From positions 1 through 64,000 of the IMG/VR virus record IMGVR_UViG_3300044846_005371: a stretch of 64,000 nucleotides of DNA; one strand, given 5' to 3'. Made by a program: the position numbers and the translations under genes. Positions 38,700 to 47,592 of the stretch are shown one piece after another (the first letter of the stretch is position 1; every line of letters begins with the position of its first letter). Source of the DNA: a virus. Under the pieces are notes generated by a model. It made no database searches. It worked only from the letters and a program-made list of their open reading frames with translations, and was not told the DNA's origin.

Positions 38700-39830
38700 T
38701 TAGTGTGAATCTCCTACATCGTGTTTCTCTCCGTAAATAAGATAATCTGGGTTAATAACCTTGGCTACCTTATTCCTCTCTCCGGAAACCTCCTTGATCA
38801 CAATACCTTCATGCGGTACTTTGGTTCCTTCAATATAGTTGTTGAATGTGAACTTGTCTTGAATCTCTTGAGACCATCGACCGACATATAACTCAGGTAC
38901 ATGACGCAATTGTAAAGTCGCGCTTTCAATAAGGTGCCTTGTTCTGAATACGTTTTGATAATCGCCATCAAGGGTAATATCAAATCCAGCAAACTCCAAC
39001 TCCTTCATTCCATAGTCGTAGTTCTTTTGGATACCAGGACCATATATCTCACCATACAGCACGATACCGGATCCTATGTACTCAATCGAATGCACTACCT
39101 TAGCCAAGTGCCACATCTTCTCTTTAAGATTGTACTTGTCAGCTACCTCTCTCCAAACATCAGTTGAGTAGAAACCTTGTGAGTCAGAACCTTTCTCGAC
39201 GTTATGCGATCCATATACGTACTCATATTCAATCCATGGATCGTTGGTGAAGAACCTCTTAACCTTATCCCATAAGGATAGCTTTGACTTCTTAACAATA
39301 CCATAGCGAGCATTGGTTCCATGCAACTTACGAGTGATCTGTACGTTATCTTCCTCAGTAAACAATCCAGCTACGTTCTTCAAGTTAGGAAACTTATGAT
39401 ACACTGTGAAGTTTGGGTTTTGGTGGTACTTAATTTTACGACCTGAAGACAATTGGATTTGTGTTACAGGTGGTTCGTATTTGAAGATTTTTAAGTCTTC
39501 CATTAAGTCTTTACCTTCACGATTATATCCGATAGGCAGGAATTGATTAGGAATTACTAAACACTCTGAGTACACTCCTCTTAACTTAACAGTACGCACA
39601 CGTTGACCCTTACGTAAGTAATTAGTCACATTCATTGCATCTGATAAGCGTTGAGGAATAACTGCGTCTGTAGTTGCTATTCCAACCAAATCACCTACCT
39701 TATAGTCACCTTTCTTGATAATACAATTCCATCCTCCAATAACACCTACTTCGATATTATCTGCTCCTGGTATTGGTTTAATTTCGTTTATACGTGCTAC
39801 ATAACACACGCTGTTTGCATTCTCTATCAT
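38700..39830 (-). CDS. ATP-dependent RNA ligase (DRB0094/Rnl5-type N-terminus)
   Basis: IKPIPGADNIE N-domain; motif I KLHGTN; GEIYGPGIQKN; EGIVIK; KVINPDYL. Confidence 0.85.
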   Translation of the reverse strand: MIENANSVCYVARINEIKPIPGADNIEVGVIGGWNCIIKKGDYKVGDLVGIATTDAVIPQRLSDAMNVTNYLRKGQRVRTVKLRGVYSECLVIPNQFLPIGYNREGKDLMEDLKIFKYEPPVTQIQLSSGRKIKYHQNPNFTVYHKFPNLKNVAGLFTEEDNVQITRKLHGTNARYGIVKKSKLSLWDKVKRFFTNDPWIEYEYVYGSHNVEKGSDSQGFYSTDVWREVADKYNLKEKMWHLAKVVHSIEYIGSGIVLYGEIYGPGIQKNYDYGMKELEFAGFDITLDGDYQNVFRTRHLIESATLQLRHVPELYVGRWSQEIQDKFTFNNYIEGTKVPHEGIVIKEVSGERNKVAKVINPDYLIYGEKHDVGDSH

Positions 39831-40225
39831 AACTTTATTTCAAATCGGTTTTTCATTTGTTCTAACTTGTCTGCGGGTACACCGTGTTCATTTACTCCAC
39901 TGTGTCTGTTCTCTACTATGAGGCAAGATGTTTGGTAACTATACTTCTCAGCTAATTCAAAATAAGCATCCATCTCCCACTCTTGTGTGAATGTGTTTGA
40001 CACTACAACTGGTGAGTGCTCATATCTCATTAGGAAATCAACTTCCTCTTGGCACCAAGCATGTGCATCTTTGATTTTTGATGGTTCAAACTTGTAGTTA
40101 CCTTCACTGTCCACAAAGTACATATCAGCCTCTTTGTGACAGTATTCTTTGTCGCCAACTATCATTTTTGCTAGAGTTGATTTACCTGCTCCAGGCAATC
40201 CTCTTAATAAGATTAGTGTCTTCAT
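39827..40225 (-). CDS. P-loop (AAA_33) polynucleotide kinase-like protein
   Basis: LLRGLPGAGKSTLA, VSNTF...E...Y, HGVP...L. The start is taken at MKTLILL (40225), not the track GTG at 40285. Confidence 0.75.
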   Translation of the reverse strand: MKTLILLRGLPGAGKSTLAKMIVGDKEYCHKEADMYFVDSEGNYKFEPSKIKDAHAWCQEEVDFLMRYEHSPVVVSNTFTQEWEMDAYFELAEKYSYQTSCLIVENRHSGVNEHGVPADKLEQMKNRFEIKL

Positions 40226-40227
40226 AA

Positions 40228-40635
40228 TTAGTTCATTTCTGATATTTTTACACAATTTGTTATTGACTCTTGGACAACGTACCATCCTTCAGTTGGATCG
40301 TTTCGATATAACTCAACATTGAAGTATTCTCCATTGTGTTCAAAGCAAGTTATCTTTTCGATAGCACCTTCAACTTCTACTAAGTATCGGTTTGCTACAT
40401 CCAAGTAAGAAACTAAAAATCTCCATTGAAAATTTGAAAATTTTATTGGGTTTGAATAGATTGAGTTACGTATGATATTTGAGAGATCATCACGTTGTAT
40501 GTTAGATAATCGAGCTTCATACTTATTGAGAAATTGACTTATCCAGTATTCAACTTGATATTCATCTTGGGTTAGAAAAAATTCCAAGCTTGACCAAGTT
40601 AGCGTCCATTCCCAGTTAGAAAGAGAAGAGGTCAT
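40228..40635 (-). CDS. Hypothetical protein, 135 aa
   Basis: Co-oriented ORF with a 4-nt overlap to the upstream gene. Confidence 0.5.
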   Translation of the reverse strand: MTSSLSNWEWTLTWSSLEFFLTQDEYQVEYWISQFLNKYEARLSNIQRDDLSNIIRNSIYSNPIKFSNFQWRFLVSYLDVANRYLVEVEGAIEKITCFEHNGEYFNVELYRNDPTEGWYVVQESITNCVKISEMN

Positions 40636-41234
40636 TGATTGAACTTAGATTTTAGGTTCTCATTAGCAACTAACTCTTTCAATTTAGCAAGATACTCTGG
40701 ATTTTCAGCATAACCTACGCTTTGTAAGATAGCATAATATTCTTCCTCATTTGAGGCGGAGTTTGCATAGGTTCCACACCATAATGCATAATCCAATACA
40801 CTATCTTCCCAATTCTTATATGCAGCATGATTATGATTTGTACCTTGAGCTAAGTTAAGCCTGCTTGTAGCTTCCTTCATTCCAAAAAGATTGTTATTCT
40901 CTTTGAAAATGCCACTTTTAAATCTTCCAGATTCTAACATAGCTTGCGCAAGTACAATGTGTGGATATTTAAAGTTTAGCTCATCAATCTTAGCAATAAG
41001 CTTTTCCTCACTAAATGCATTAGCTTGCTGGACTAGTAAGATTTTCTCGTACTCAGTTAGAGAAACTAGGATATTGTCCTTGGTCCAAAAATAAGTAACT
41101 GTTGCTGACGTGACGCTAATGCATAAGACTAGTGCACCGATTAAGAATCTGTGCTTTATCAGGTTAACTTGATAGTAATCTAATGTGCGCTCATCAAAAT
41201 AGTACTTAGGCTGTGCTAATTTACGAAGGTTCAT
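40632..41234 (-). CDS. GH73-type glucosaminidase (peptidoglycan hydrolase) with an N-terminal transmembrane helix
   Basis: AQAMLESG, NNLFGMK, Y..WEDSV.DY, YAENPEY; hydrophobic FLIGALVLCISVTSATVTYFW. Confidence 0.8.
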   Translation of the reverse strand: MNLRKLAQPKYYFDERTLDYYQVNLIKHRFLIGALVLCISVTSATVTYFWTKDNILVSLTEYEKILLVQQANAFSEEKLIAKIDELNFKYPHIVLAQAMLESGRFKSGIFKENNNLFGMKEATSRLNLAQGTNHNHAAYKNWEDSVLDYALWCGTYANSASNEEEYYAILQSVGYAENPEYLAKLKELVANENLKSKFNQ

Positions 41235-41260
41235 ATAGTTTAGTTTTAAAGTTAGGTTTA

Positions 41261-42208
41261 TTATACTAAAGTTTGCTCAAAATTAAAAGGTTTGGGCTCA
41301 ATTAGCTTAGTTTGATGAGTTTCTCGATAGTTAAGAACTGCTAAATCCTTAGCTTTTGCCTCAACCTCAACATCAACTTCTAAACCAAAATCTGGGATAA
41401 CTTCGTAAATGTAATCAGCATGTGATCTTGGAATTACTGAAGAGTCCTCATACAGAAACTTAGAACTAGAATAGTGTTGCAGTGGTGTAAATCCATGCCA
41501 TGTGCTAGCCGCAAGATGCGCGGCGGTTTCAGCTGTGAGATCATTTGTGCAAAAACGATGGTGTAGGTGGTCAAATGTGATTGGGCAACCAACTTTTGAA
41601 TAAACACCATCATATAGATCTTGAACGCCAAACTGGCTTGCTTTATCATCATTCTCAACAACTAATCTAGCACGAGTAGTATCAGAAAGCTTTGCAAAAT
41701 TCTCGCAGAACCTGGCAAGAGCAGATTCCTTATCGCCATACGAGCCGCCGATATGGATATTGATCGGAGCATTGTAATTTTTTGGAAGCAGCATAAGGTC
41801 CATGATCCTAGCGTGCTGATCTAGGTCGTAGATAGTTTTACGAACTACTTCTGGATTGGGGGAAGCAAGCACATCAAACTGCCCTGGGTGAAATGATAGC
41901 CTAAGATCGTGATGGTGCACAAACTCACCAATTTGTTCCATAATACCACGTAAACGATCAAAATTAGGTAGATCTTCAAAGGAATATTCGCTCATCCAAG
42001 GAAAGATATCGCTGGACATACGATACACATGAATATTGTTCTCAACATTCCATTGCAAAATTTCGCAAAGGTCAATTAGATTTAGCTCAGCTAGTAAAGC
42101 TGCTCGAGCAATACCTTGGGATTCCCAAGTTTTCTTTGTCATACCTCGATTGATCGTGATCCCGCGATCCTTAAGGCTTAAATTTATACAGCAGTATCCT
42201 AGTCTCAT
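41261..42208 (-). CDS. uvsE: UV-damage endonuclease
   Basis: RLGYCCIN, YRMSSDIFPW, RLSFHPGQF, LVVENDDK, PITFDHLHH, HYSSS, HADY, EAKAKD. Confidence 0.92.
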   Translation of the reverse strand: MRLGYCCINLSLKDRGITINRGMTKKTWESQGIARAALLAELNLIDLCEILQWNVENNIHVYRMSSDIFPWMSEYSFEDLPNFDRLRGIMEQIGEFVHHHDLRLSFHPGQFDVLASPNPEVVRKTIYDLDQHARIMDLMLLPKNYNAPINIHIGGSYGDKESALARFCENFAKLSDTTRARLVVENDDKASQFGVQDLYDGVYSKVGCPITFDHLHHRFCTNDLTAETAAHLAASTWHGFTPLQHYSSSKFLYEDSSVIPRSHADYIYEVIPDFGLEVDVEVEAKAKDLAVLNYRETHQTKLIEPKPFNFEQTLV

Positions 42209-42455
42209 ATGGTAAATATACTAAACTTTCTCCTTGGGGAAAAATTTCCGCGTCCGCGAGAGTACTATAGTAGTACTAAAGACTATTAAAGTAAGATTAA
42301 AGAAAGAGTATAGTATACTCTAGTGTATACCCGCCCTACCACCCATTTTGTACTACTGCTTTTTAAAAAGTTTTTGCTTAAATAAATATTTTTTAGTTGA
42401 AAACTTTTTTAAGTTATTTAGTATAACTCTAGATAGCTAAAAATATTAGTCATGA
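42209..42455. promoter_or_regulatory. Divergent control region with palindromes, phased TAAAG repeats and promoters for both strands
   Basis: Inverted repeats at 42261-42277 and 42305-42321; TTAGTATA at 42217-42224 (-) and 42418-42425 (+); AATAAATA at 42381-42388. Confidence 0.6.
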
Positions 42456-43118
42456 ATGACAATAATTAGCATAGATTTTTCAATACTTTACCCTGGGGTT
42501 TGCATTTGTAGAGATTTTAAGGAATTTAGTTGGCTAGCAGTAGTAAATGCTAAGCTAAGTAAAAAAGATCAGAAACGACTGGAAGACATCCAGTTAACTT
42601 ACCCTAATTTAAAAATTCTCTTCACAGAGACAAAAAGGGAAAAATCAGATCAGTATCATGTAACTGAAAGAAATAAGTTGACTAATTACTTAGAGTTAAC
42701 TGAAGTCCTCATTGCAGAAATAAAGAAGCAGGTTCCAACTTCAGAAGATTTGATAGTTTCAATTGAAGGAATTTCATTTGGGTCCAGCGGAAACTCATTA
42801 GTTGATATTTCACAAGCAACTGGAATACTTAAGAATAAATTAGTTGATTCACTATTAGATGGAAAAACTGATCGTTTCTTTGTTTTTAGCCCAAGTGAAT
42901 TAAAAAATGCGATTGGTTGCAAGGGAAATGCTAATAAATTAGATATTTACGAAAAGTTTAAAAATGATCCAATTATAGACTCAGTAAAAGGATCAGATTT
43001 ACATAAAGCTATCTTAAAAGAAGATTGGATTCTATCAAAAGATAAGATAGTTTCGCCCATCATTGATATGATAGACTCATATTTAGGTGTTGTTAAAATA
43101 CACCAACTCTTAAAATAA
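42456..43118 (+). CDS. RuvC-like (RNase H fold) Holliday junction resolvase
   Basis: IISIDFS...PGVC, VSIEGISFG, SPSELK..GCKGNANK, DMIDSY. Confidence 0.75.
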   Translation: MTIISIDFSILYPGVCICRDFKEFSWLAVVNAKLSKKDQKRLEDIQLTYPNLKILFTETKREKSDQYHVTERNKLTNYLELTEVLIAEIKKQVPTSEDLIVSIEGISFGSSGNSLVDISQATGILKNKLVDSLLDGKTDRFFVFSPSELKNAIGCKGNANKLDIYEKFKNDPIIDSVKGSDLHKAILKEDWILSKDKIVSPIIDMIDSYLGVVKIHQLLK

Positions 43119-43130
43119 TCAAAAAATGGA

Positions 43131-43526
43131 ATGGCAAGAAAAAAGAGAGGTGACAAACACTACATTAACAACCGAGAATTTACTGATGAGATTGTTAAAT
43201 GTAAAGGAACTGGTGAATTATCTGAATTTGCAATACAGTGTTTCATCTCACTAGCAAACCGCGCAGTTGATCGTCTTTATTTTAGAGATCCTAGAGATAG
43301 GGAAGATTGCATACAGTCTGCTCTACTTGATTGTATTAAGTATTGGAAAGGTTTTGATGAAACTCGAGAAAGCTTAAATGCGTTCGCTTATTTCACTCAA
43401 ATGTGTAAAAATGGATATGCTAAGGAGTTTAAAAAGATTCACCATCGTCCAGGTTTGGAAAAAGACGAATCAATCAGCTTTATATCATTAAGCACTAGCG
43501 GAGAAAGTTCCATATTTAGTATCTAA
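43131..43526 (+). CDS. gp55: T4 gp55-like late-transcription sigma factor
   Basis: HYINNREF, DCIKYWKGFDET, NAFAYFTQMCKNGY resemble gp55 YVNNKE, NFDETK and HAYITQACFNAF. Confidence 0.8.
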   Translation: MARKKRGDKHYINNREFTDEIVKCKGTGELSEFAIQCFISLANRAVDRLYFRDPRDREDCIQSALLDCIKYWKGFDETRESLNAFAYFTQMCKNGYAKEFKKIHHRPGLEKDESISFISLSTSGESSIFSI

Positions 43527-43561
43527 CTAATAAATAACATAAATAGTTAGCTAATTCCCAA

Positions 43562-46500
43562 ATGGTAGTACAGAATCTTTATTTTTTTGATAAAAACGGT
43601 AAAAGTTTAAATCTAGGCTACAATTCCGAACTGGGAATTTGGGAAGGTACTCTTTACTTTGAACCATTATCATTATTCTTATTTGATAATGAGAATATTT
43701 TTATGCTCGAAAAAGAGGAGGAGGGCGATGAGCATTTTTTCCCAATGCTTACTTCAACTCAATCTATCTCATTTGAATGGGAAACTGTTGAAAATTCAAA
43801 CGAATTTTTCGTATATGATGTAAATAAAGACACTGTTCTTAAAAACTATTTTATACAGAAATTAGAAAGTAAAGAGATTGGATATTTTGATATTTACCAA
43901 ACAAATATTGGTCCATTAAACGTTAAAGCTCCTCTTCAATTTAACTTTGCTTTTAATCCTAGCGATGAAAAGATATTTAGAAGAACTATACTGCTTTATT
44001 TAAAGGATGGAGCTCAAAAAACAAAGATTGCTTCAATTAATTTGTATGGAGAAGGTATTGATGAGGATGAGAGATACAGAGTTTGGTGTCAAAATTTTGG
44101 AATAAAGTTTAATCGAGAAGATGCTACTATTCTAAAGGATTATGACATCAAAGAGGCGTATCCTGATTGGAAAAAAGTAAACCAAGCTAGAAAGGAACTA
44201 CTTGTAAATAAAGATCAAATTTTTCCATACGTTGGTACTTACGCTGGAATATCTAATTTCGTTAACTTATTGGGCTATCGTGATGTGCTTAAGATCAAAG
44301 AGTATTGGCAAAATATAAATCCAAACTCTGCGTACTTTAATAATTTCTTACACATTGATATTTCAGATTACTTAGATAATGGAAAAATAGACGATTTAAA
44401 CTTAATCTATAAGGAAAAGAGTCTCAAGGAAAGTTTCCAGTTTAAGAAAACTGAATTTTTAGCGCTTGCTTACCAATTCACAGTTGCTACTGATAATTAT
44501 GATGATGATGGAATTCCAATTGTTGAGGAGACTACTTCATTTAGCGTTAATGAAATATTCCATAAGCTTTATAAGCTAAAGGAAAAGCTAAAAAGTGAAT
44601 TTATACCTATTAATGTTCAGATCAAGGATATTATCGGAGAATTCATATACTTTCAAAAAATAACAATTAGTTACTGGCCAGATGACATTAAGATAGGCGA
44701 TTACGATCTTAATGAAGACTATACAGTTACTTATTACCCAAAAACAATAGGCGAACTTTTTGTTCAGTCTGTTGCACCTATGAAGAGAATAGACGTTACT
44801 GGTGGTGTTGAATTTCCAGCAGTAACATTTAACGAATCTTCTCCAAATCCTTACGAATTTGATCAAAAATACCCAGGCTCACTAATTCCTGGAATGATTG
44901 AATATATTGAGCAGTATTACGCAGCTAAAGTATCTGAAAAGTTTCCAGATCTTTCTGAAAGATATAGTTGGGATTATGGTGATGATTCAGAAATGGCAAT
45001 TGGCTGCCCTATCATACTAAGCGTAAATGTTGAAAAATTTACATGTAAATCAATTAGTGGAGTTAGATGGATCGATCTATTACCTCAATCTACATTAGCT
45101 CCAAATTATTGGACATTCCAAAACATAGACTTTAGAAACCTTTACGAAGTTACTTGGATAATTACAAAATCCAATCCAAATCCATACTACTTTGAATATT
45201 CTGGAAAACTAATAGATCTCCACGATCTTCCTCACTTTTTACCACATACTGGTGAATATACTGCAATTGCAGAAGTAAGAGATTTTTATGGAAACATTAC
45301 TCGTCGTGAACTTAAAATAACAGTTTCTGATCAATTAACTCCACAAATAATTGCTTTTTCTAGGCTAGAAGACAAATTTGACTTTAGTATTAAGAATTTG
45401 CATAATATTCGGGTAAAAGACTTTGGAAACTCACCATTCTTCTTCCCAAGAATAAATCTATTAAACAATGAAGACATTGCAAATGAGATTGATATTGAGA
45501 AAAATATATTAGACTGGTTGAGTTTTTACCAAAATTCATATGGTCTTGGTCAAAAAATGTATGATGATGTTGAAATATACGATCAAACTACCTCCCAATA
45601 CTTAAACTATATTTCTTCTCAAAATCACCCATATCTAGAATACTGGGGACTTGGAAAAAATGATACTCCTTTTAAACTATCTGATCTTTCTGATACTACG
45701 ATCGACTCACTATTCTTTCAAAGATTTTGTGACATGACATATCATGGAGATTTTACAGCAGGTTTTTACATAGAAGATCCACAAGTTGGCCAACTAATAA
45801 ATGTTTCCGATTTTTCAACATTTACTATCCCTTCATTTATCGATATTGACGATTTGATTTATCAACTTAATGAAAGTTTACATCCAGCAATAAGTCTATT
45901 TGTATTTTCATTTTTAGATCTTCCTACCCCTACTATTCACGCTCAACCTAGATACTTAAGTAAGGAAATGTATCACATGTTAGTTTCAGATCAACCTGGA
46001 GTCGACAAATATTCATTCTTCTTACCTAAAAAAGTATATTCACAGCGTGTAATTGACATGCTCTCTTCTCAATCTGCACAATTTGATGAAGAAACTTTAT
46101 TTTTAATAGCACCAGTACAAGATCTATTAGATGGAGATGTTCAAGATCCTCAATATTGGATCGACCGTGGATATTGGACATTTGATAATGATACGCAAAG
46201 AGGATATTTACCAACCGCATTAGACCAAAATGCTTTTAGTTTGGAAAATATTAAAGTGTATGAAGAAACATTTAAAGTTCCTGAAAATTCAATAGTGTTC
46301 TTTGCTGTAAATAATTTAGAAGGAAAGTATGATTTTCTTTGGAAATTAATAAATGTTGTAACTGGGGAAGAGATATTTAGAGTTAAGTCTGTTCCATTTT
46401 TTGTATGGAAATTTAAAGATATTGGTAGATATTCAATATCTGTTGAGGTCACAGATAATCGAAATAACAGATATTTTTCAGAAATGAAGAACTTTATTCA

Positions 46501-46591
46501 TGTTTTGAATAAAATAGACTATGTAACAAATACTGAGTTCTTGCTCAACCTTAGAAAGAATGACTTAATTAAAGAGTCGTATCCTAGATAA
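43562..46591 (+). CDS. Large virion structural (baseplate-type) protein, 1009 aa
   Basis: Late motif upstream; aromatic/beta-rich with C-terminal Ig-like features; no exact family recognised. Confidence 0.5.
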   Translation: MVVQNLYFFDKNGKSLNLGYNSELGIWEGTLYFEPLSLFLFDNENIFMLEKEEEGDEHFFPMLTSTQSISFEWETVENSNEFFVYDVNKDTVLKNYFIQKLESKEIGYFDIYQTNIGPLNVKAPLQFNFAFNPSDEKIFRRTILLYLKDGAQKTKIASINLYGEGIDEDERYRVWCQNFGIKFNREDATILKDYDIKEAYPDWKKVNQARKELLVNKDQIFPYVGTYAGISNFVNLLGYRDVLKIKEYWQNINPNSAYFNNFLHIDISDYLDNGKIDDLNLIYKEKSLKESFQFKKTEFLALAYQFTVATDNYDDDGIPIVEETTSFSVNEIFHKLYKLKEKLKSEFIPINVQIKDIIGEFIYFQKITISYWPDDIKIGDYDLNEDYTVTYYPKTIGELFVQSVAPMKRIDVTGGVEFPAVTFNESSPNPYEFDQKYPGSLIPGMIEYIEQYYAAKVSEKFPDLSERYSWDYGDDSEMAIGCPIILSVNVEKFTCKSISGVRWIDLLPQSTLAPNYWTFQNIDFRNLYEVTWIITKSNPNPYYFEYSGKLIDLHDLPHFLPHTGEYTAIAEVRDFYGNITRRELKITVSDQLTPQIIAFSRLEDKFDFSIKNLHNIRVKDFGNSPFFFPRINLLNNEDIANEIDIEKNILDWLSFYQNSYGLGQKMYDDVEIYDQTTSQYLNYISSQNHPYLEYWGLGKNDTPFKLSDLSDTTIDSLFFQRFCDMTYHGDFTAGFYIEDPQVGQLINVSDFSTFTIPSFIDIDDLIYQLNESLHPAISLFVFSFLDLPTPTIHAQPRYLSKEMYHMLVSDQPGVDKYSFFLPKKVYSQRVIDMLSSQSAQFDEETLFLIAPVQDLLDGDVQDPQYWIDRGYWTFDNDTQRGYLPTALDQNAFSLENIKVYEETFKVPENSIVFFAVNNLEGKYDFLWKLINVVTGEEIFRVKSVPFFVWKFKDIGRYSISVEVTDNRNNRYFSEMKNFIHVLNKIDYVTNTEFLLNLRKNDLIKESYPR

Positions 46592-46622
46592 TAAATAAAA
46601 ACAAAAATAACGCATAACTAAC

Positions 46623-47564
46623 ATGCCATTTACTCAAGTAGATTTAGCAATCACCGAAGTTCTAGAAACAGACTTCATAACCGATTTTAGAATAATCACA
46701 AATGCTAACTTTAATATCTTAAAATCCGCATTTGAAGATCTAATTAATGGACTGGAGATAGACTCTTCAGGGATTACACTCGGTACTTCAACTCCTATCA
46801 ATTCTATAACTACTGATGTGTTAGTTATGCAAAGCACAGGGTTTCAGTTTAATAAAACTGGACCAGTTGCTCCAATTGCATCGCTAACTAAAAATGGAAG
46901 TGATCAATCAGTATTAAACATTGATATTTTACAAGTAGATGCTATATCAACCTTTGGTGGATTAGTAACCGCTAACTCATTAGCCATAACAAATGCTTCA
47001 ACGTTCTCAGGACAAGTTAACTTAGATGGAGTCACTAAAGTTAATTCAGCTTTCATATCGTCTTCTGAGCTAGTTTTAGTAACTGCATCCGAAGACAGTA
47101 ATAACGCATTAGCTACGATTAATTTAACAAGTACGTCAAGACAAGACATTTACGTAACTCTTAAGTTAGATTCTTCACTAATTGTTGGAACTACGATTCA
47201 AGCAGCTTGGTCTGGTGCATATATGAAAATTTTACTAGATTTTGATGCAACTAACCCACCAGCAGTAGGCCAAACCTTTAATATTCACATTGTAGATATT
47301 GTAAATTCAGCAGATACTAGTGTATTAGCAACATTAAATGCTGAACCTAAGACTCTTTGGATCTTGCCTGGAGTAAATAACGCAGTTGCTGCGGATATCT
47401 ACTTAAATGGTGGAAATACTCCAACTTCAGTTAAAATAGAAGCTGCACCTGGAACAAATACTTTAGTTAAGTATGGACACTGTGCTAGCTTAGTATATCA
47501 CATTGATGCAACTACTCAAGATAGATTAGTAGTAAATTCATTGCATAATTTCTCAATAGCATAA
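46623..47564 (+). CDS. Virion structural protein, 313 aa
   Basis: Late motif upstream; N-terminal TNANFNIL motif. Confidence 0.5.
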   Translation: MPFTQVDLAITEVLETDFITDFRIITNANFNILKSAFEDLINGLEIDSSGITLGTSTPINSITTDVLVMQSTGFQFNKTGPVAPIASLTKNGSDQSVLNIDILQVDAISTFGGLVTANSLAITNASTFSGQVNLDGVTKVNSAFISSSELVLVTASEDSNNALATINLTSTSRQDIYVTLKLDSSLIVGTTIQAAWSGAYMKILLDFDATNPPAVGQTFNIHIVDIVNSADTSVLATLNAEPKTLWILPGVNNAVAADIYLNGGNTPTSVKIEAAPGTNTLVKYGHCASLVYHIDATTQDRLVVNSLHNFSIA

Positions 47565-47592
47565 TCGATCTAAAAATAAGAAAAACAAATAA

